A DNA stretch of 64,000 nt, from contig VJWM01000025.1 in NCBI GenBank assembly GCA_010909165.1, positions 2,046,001 through 2,110,000 on the forward strand. Reading direction: 5' to 3'. The notes beneath the pieces were generated by a model. It was not told where the DNA came from, made no database searches, and worked only from the letters and a program-made list of their open reading frames with translations. This document shows positions 62,693-64,000 of the stretch, in pieces. Position numbers and translations under genes: made by a program. Position 1 is the first letter of the stretch, and every line of letters starts with the position of its first letter. This DNA is from Anthoceros angustus. Taxonomy: Eukaryota; Plantae; Anthocerotophyta.

Positions 62693-63556
62693 ATGTCGAG
62701 TTGTGAATGTTTGCTGCCATGCGCCATGATAGGGTCAAATGGAGCGCTGTATTTCGGATTTTCGGTGGCAAACGTGGCCATCGCTGTCATTGCATTGAGA
62801 ACCATTGCCATCCCGACTCTCGCTCGTACATATGCGGCGTTTTCGGCGTGTGCAACACTGGTCAATGTTGGCTGCTTTATTTTGTTCGCACATCAGATCA
62901 GGTAACTTTGTCACAGCATGTTTCAGCGTGAGTTCTTAAGGAATTCGCCAGATTGTGCTTTCTAGTGAAGCTGAGGAAGAGGAAGACGCCCTTACCAGCT
63001 TCCGCTGGGAACTGTGATACAGCTCATGTTCGTTTGCAGGAACTTCTTCAACAACGCGTTTGGCGGAGCCGAGAGTTTTACAGTGTACTCCGTTCTACTC
63101 ATTTTCTGCACGGAAGCAGTAGCAGCGTTCATCTCTAATTGTTTCTCCAGTCTTCTGTGGTTTCAAATGTATCGTCGAGCGAGCGATGCGATGCATGCGG
63201 CGTACCAGCCCCCTGATCTCCATGGAGTGCCTTCCGGCGACACTACTTTAACTTTTCAGGAGGCGTACTGGCTAATGATTGGCCCCCTTCCATACATGGC
63301 GTGCCAGAGCCGTTTCAGTGAAGCATCCGAATCTGCCCCTGAGACCGAGCATCCCGCGGAGATCGAGCTTACCCCTGAGACCGAGCTTGCCCCGCAGGCC
63401 GAGCTTGCCCCTGAGACCGAGCTTCTTGCCCCTGAGCCCGAGCTTCTTGCCCCTGAGCCCGAGCTTCTTGCCCCTGGGACCGGGCTTGCCCCGGAGACCG
63501 GGCTTTTCCCTGAGACCGAGCTGCCCCTGAGATACCTGAGAATTAACGTGACCTGA
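62693..63556 (+). CDS. Uncharacterised membrane protein (241 aa) with Pro/Glu-rich repeat tail
   Basis: Exons 62693-62901 and 63040-63556; GT-AG intron joins the frames; about three hydrophobic segments, then (L)APETEL/APEPEL repeats. Confidence 0.7.
63335..63530 (+). repeat. Coding minisatellite, 18/21-bp units
   Basis: cccctgagaccgagctt(ctt)g units encoding APETEL/APEPELL, all frame-preserving. Confidence 0.88.
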
Positions 63557-64000
63557 AGTCCTACTGGCTACATATTAGGTCCTGCAGGTTACATATTATG
63601 TTTGCTCTTTAGCAAGGGCCTGTGCAAGCGACACGTACAAGCACCATTCTGCACGAGACCAGAGCAGAAGAACGGAACACCACTGGCGAACTACCGACAA
63701 CACTGCATCTTCATGGGGGGATAATCTTAGTTTGGAGTAGTCTAGAATCCTTCAAGGTTTCTTCATTTGACTGAACTGTAGAGCGAACACCTAAACCATG
63801 CATGTATTTGTGGGGTGTTCCGGACGACAACTACTGTATGCTACCGGCCGTGTGGAAGGTTGATTCGACTTAGATGCCTCAGTACATATCTTGTTTAGTA
63901 ACGCACAGCACCGCTGGTTGCTGTTGGTTGACGCAATGAATGTTACCACCACCAAGCAGTACGTCCCGCTTCCACTAGATACCATAACGACCTGCAGAGC

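Noticed and set aside
63791-63985. Minus-strand ORF at the window edge
   Set aside because: Too short, with no motif; it may be a terminal exon but cannot be supported here.

Overview
Eukaryotic nuclear DNA from a land plant. A non-seed lineage is plausible from the PLS-type PPR fragments, short introns and Copia/CACTA content, but this is an inference. The left ~36 kb is a nested pile of degenerate transposons. A scrambled Copia (1-5452) is followed by a CACTA-type terminus. Next is a 27.6-kb Copia (6776-34376, TSD AAGGC) whose RT is split by a 15.8-kb CACTA (8418-24181, TSD TGT). The CACTA transposase is split by a second Copia, which carries an unclassified 22-bp-TIR element. A 5S-rRNA-promoter cassette and a truncated third Copia sit at its 3' side. 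Part of this pile is present in three noisy tandem copies (19.6-31.7 kb), possibly an assembly artefact. The right ~28 kb is a tandem gene cluster: four intact two-exon GH17 beta-1,3-glucanases with X8 domain and GPI-type tail, interleaved with five decayed coiled-coil/RING-HC genes, three RRP7-like pseudogenes, PPR fragments and a truncated Copia. It ends with an unrecognised membrane protein with a Pro/Glu repeat tail. No database searches were run; family calls rest on recognised motifs, and internal boundaries of degenerate elements are approximate.
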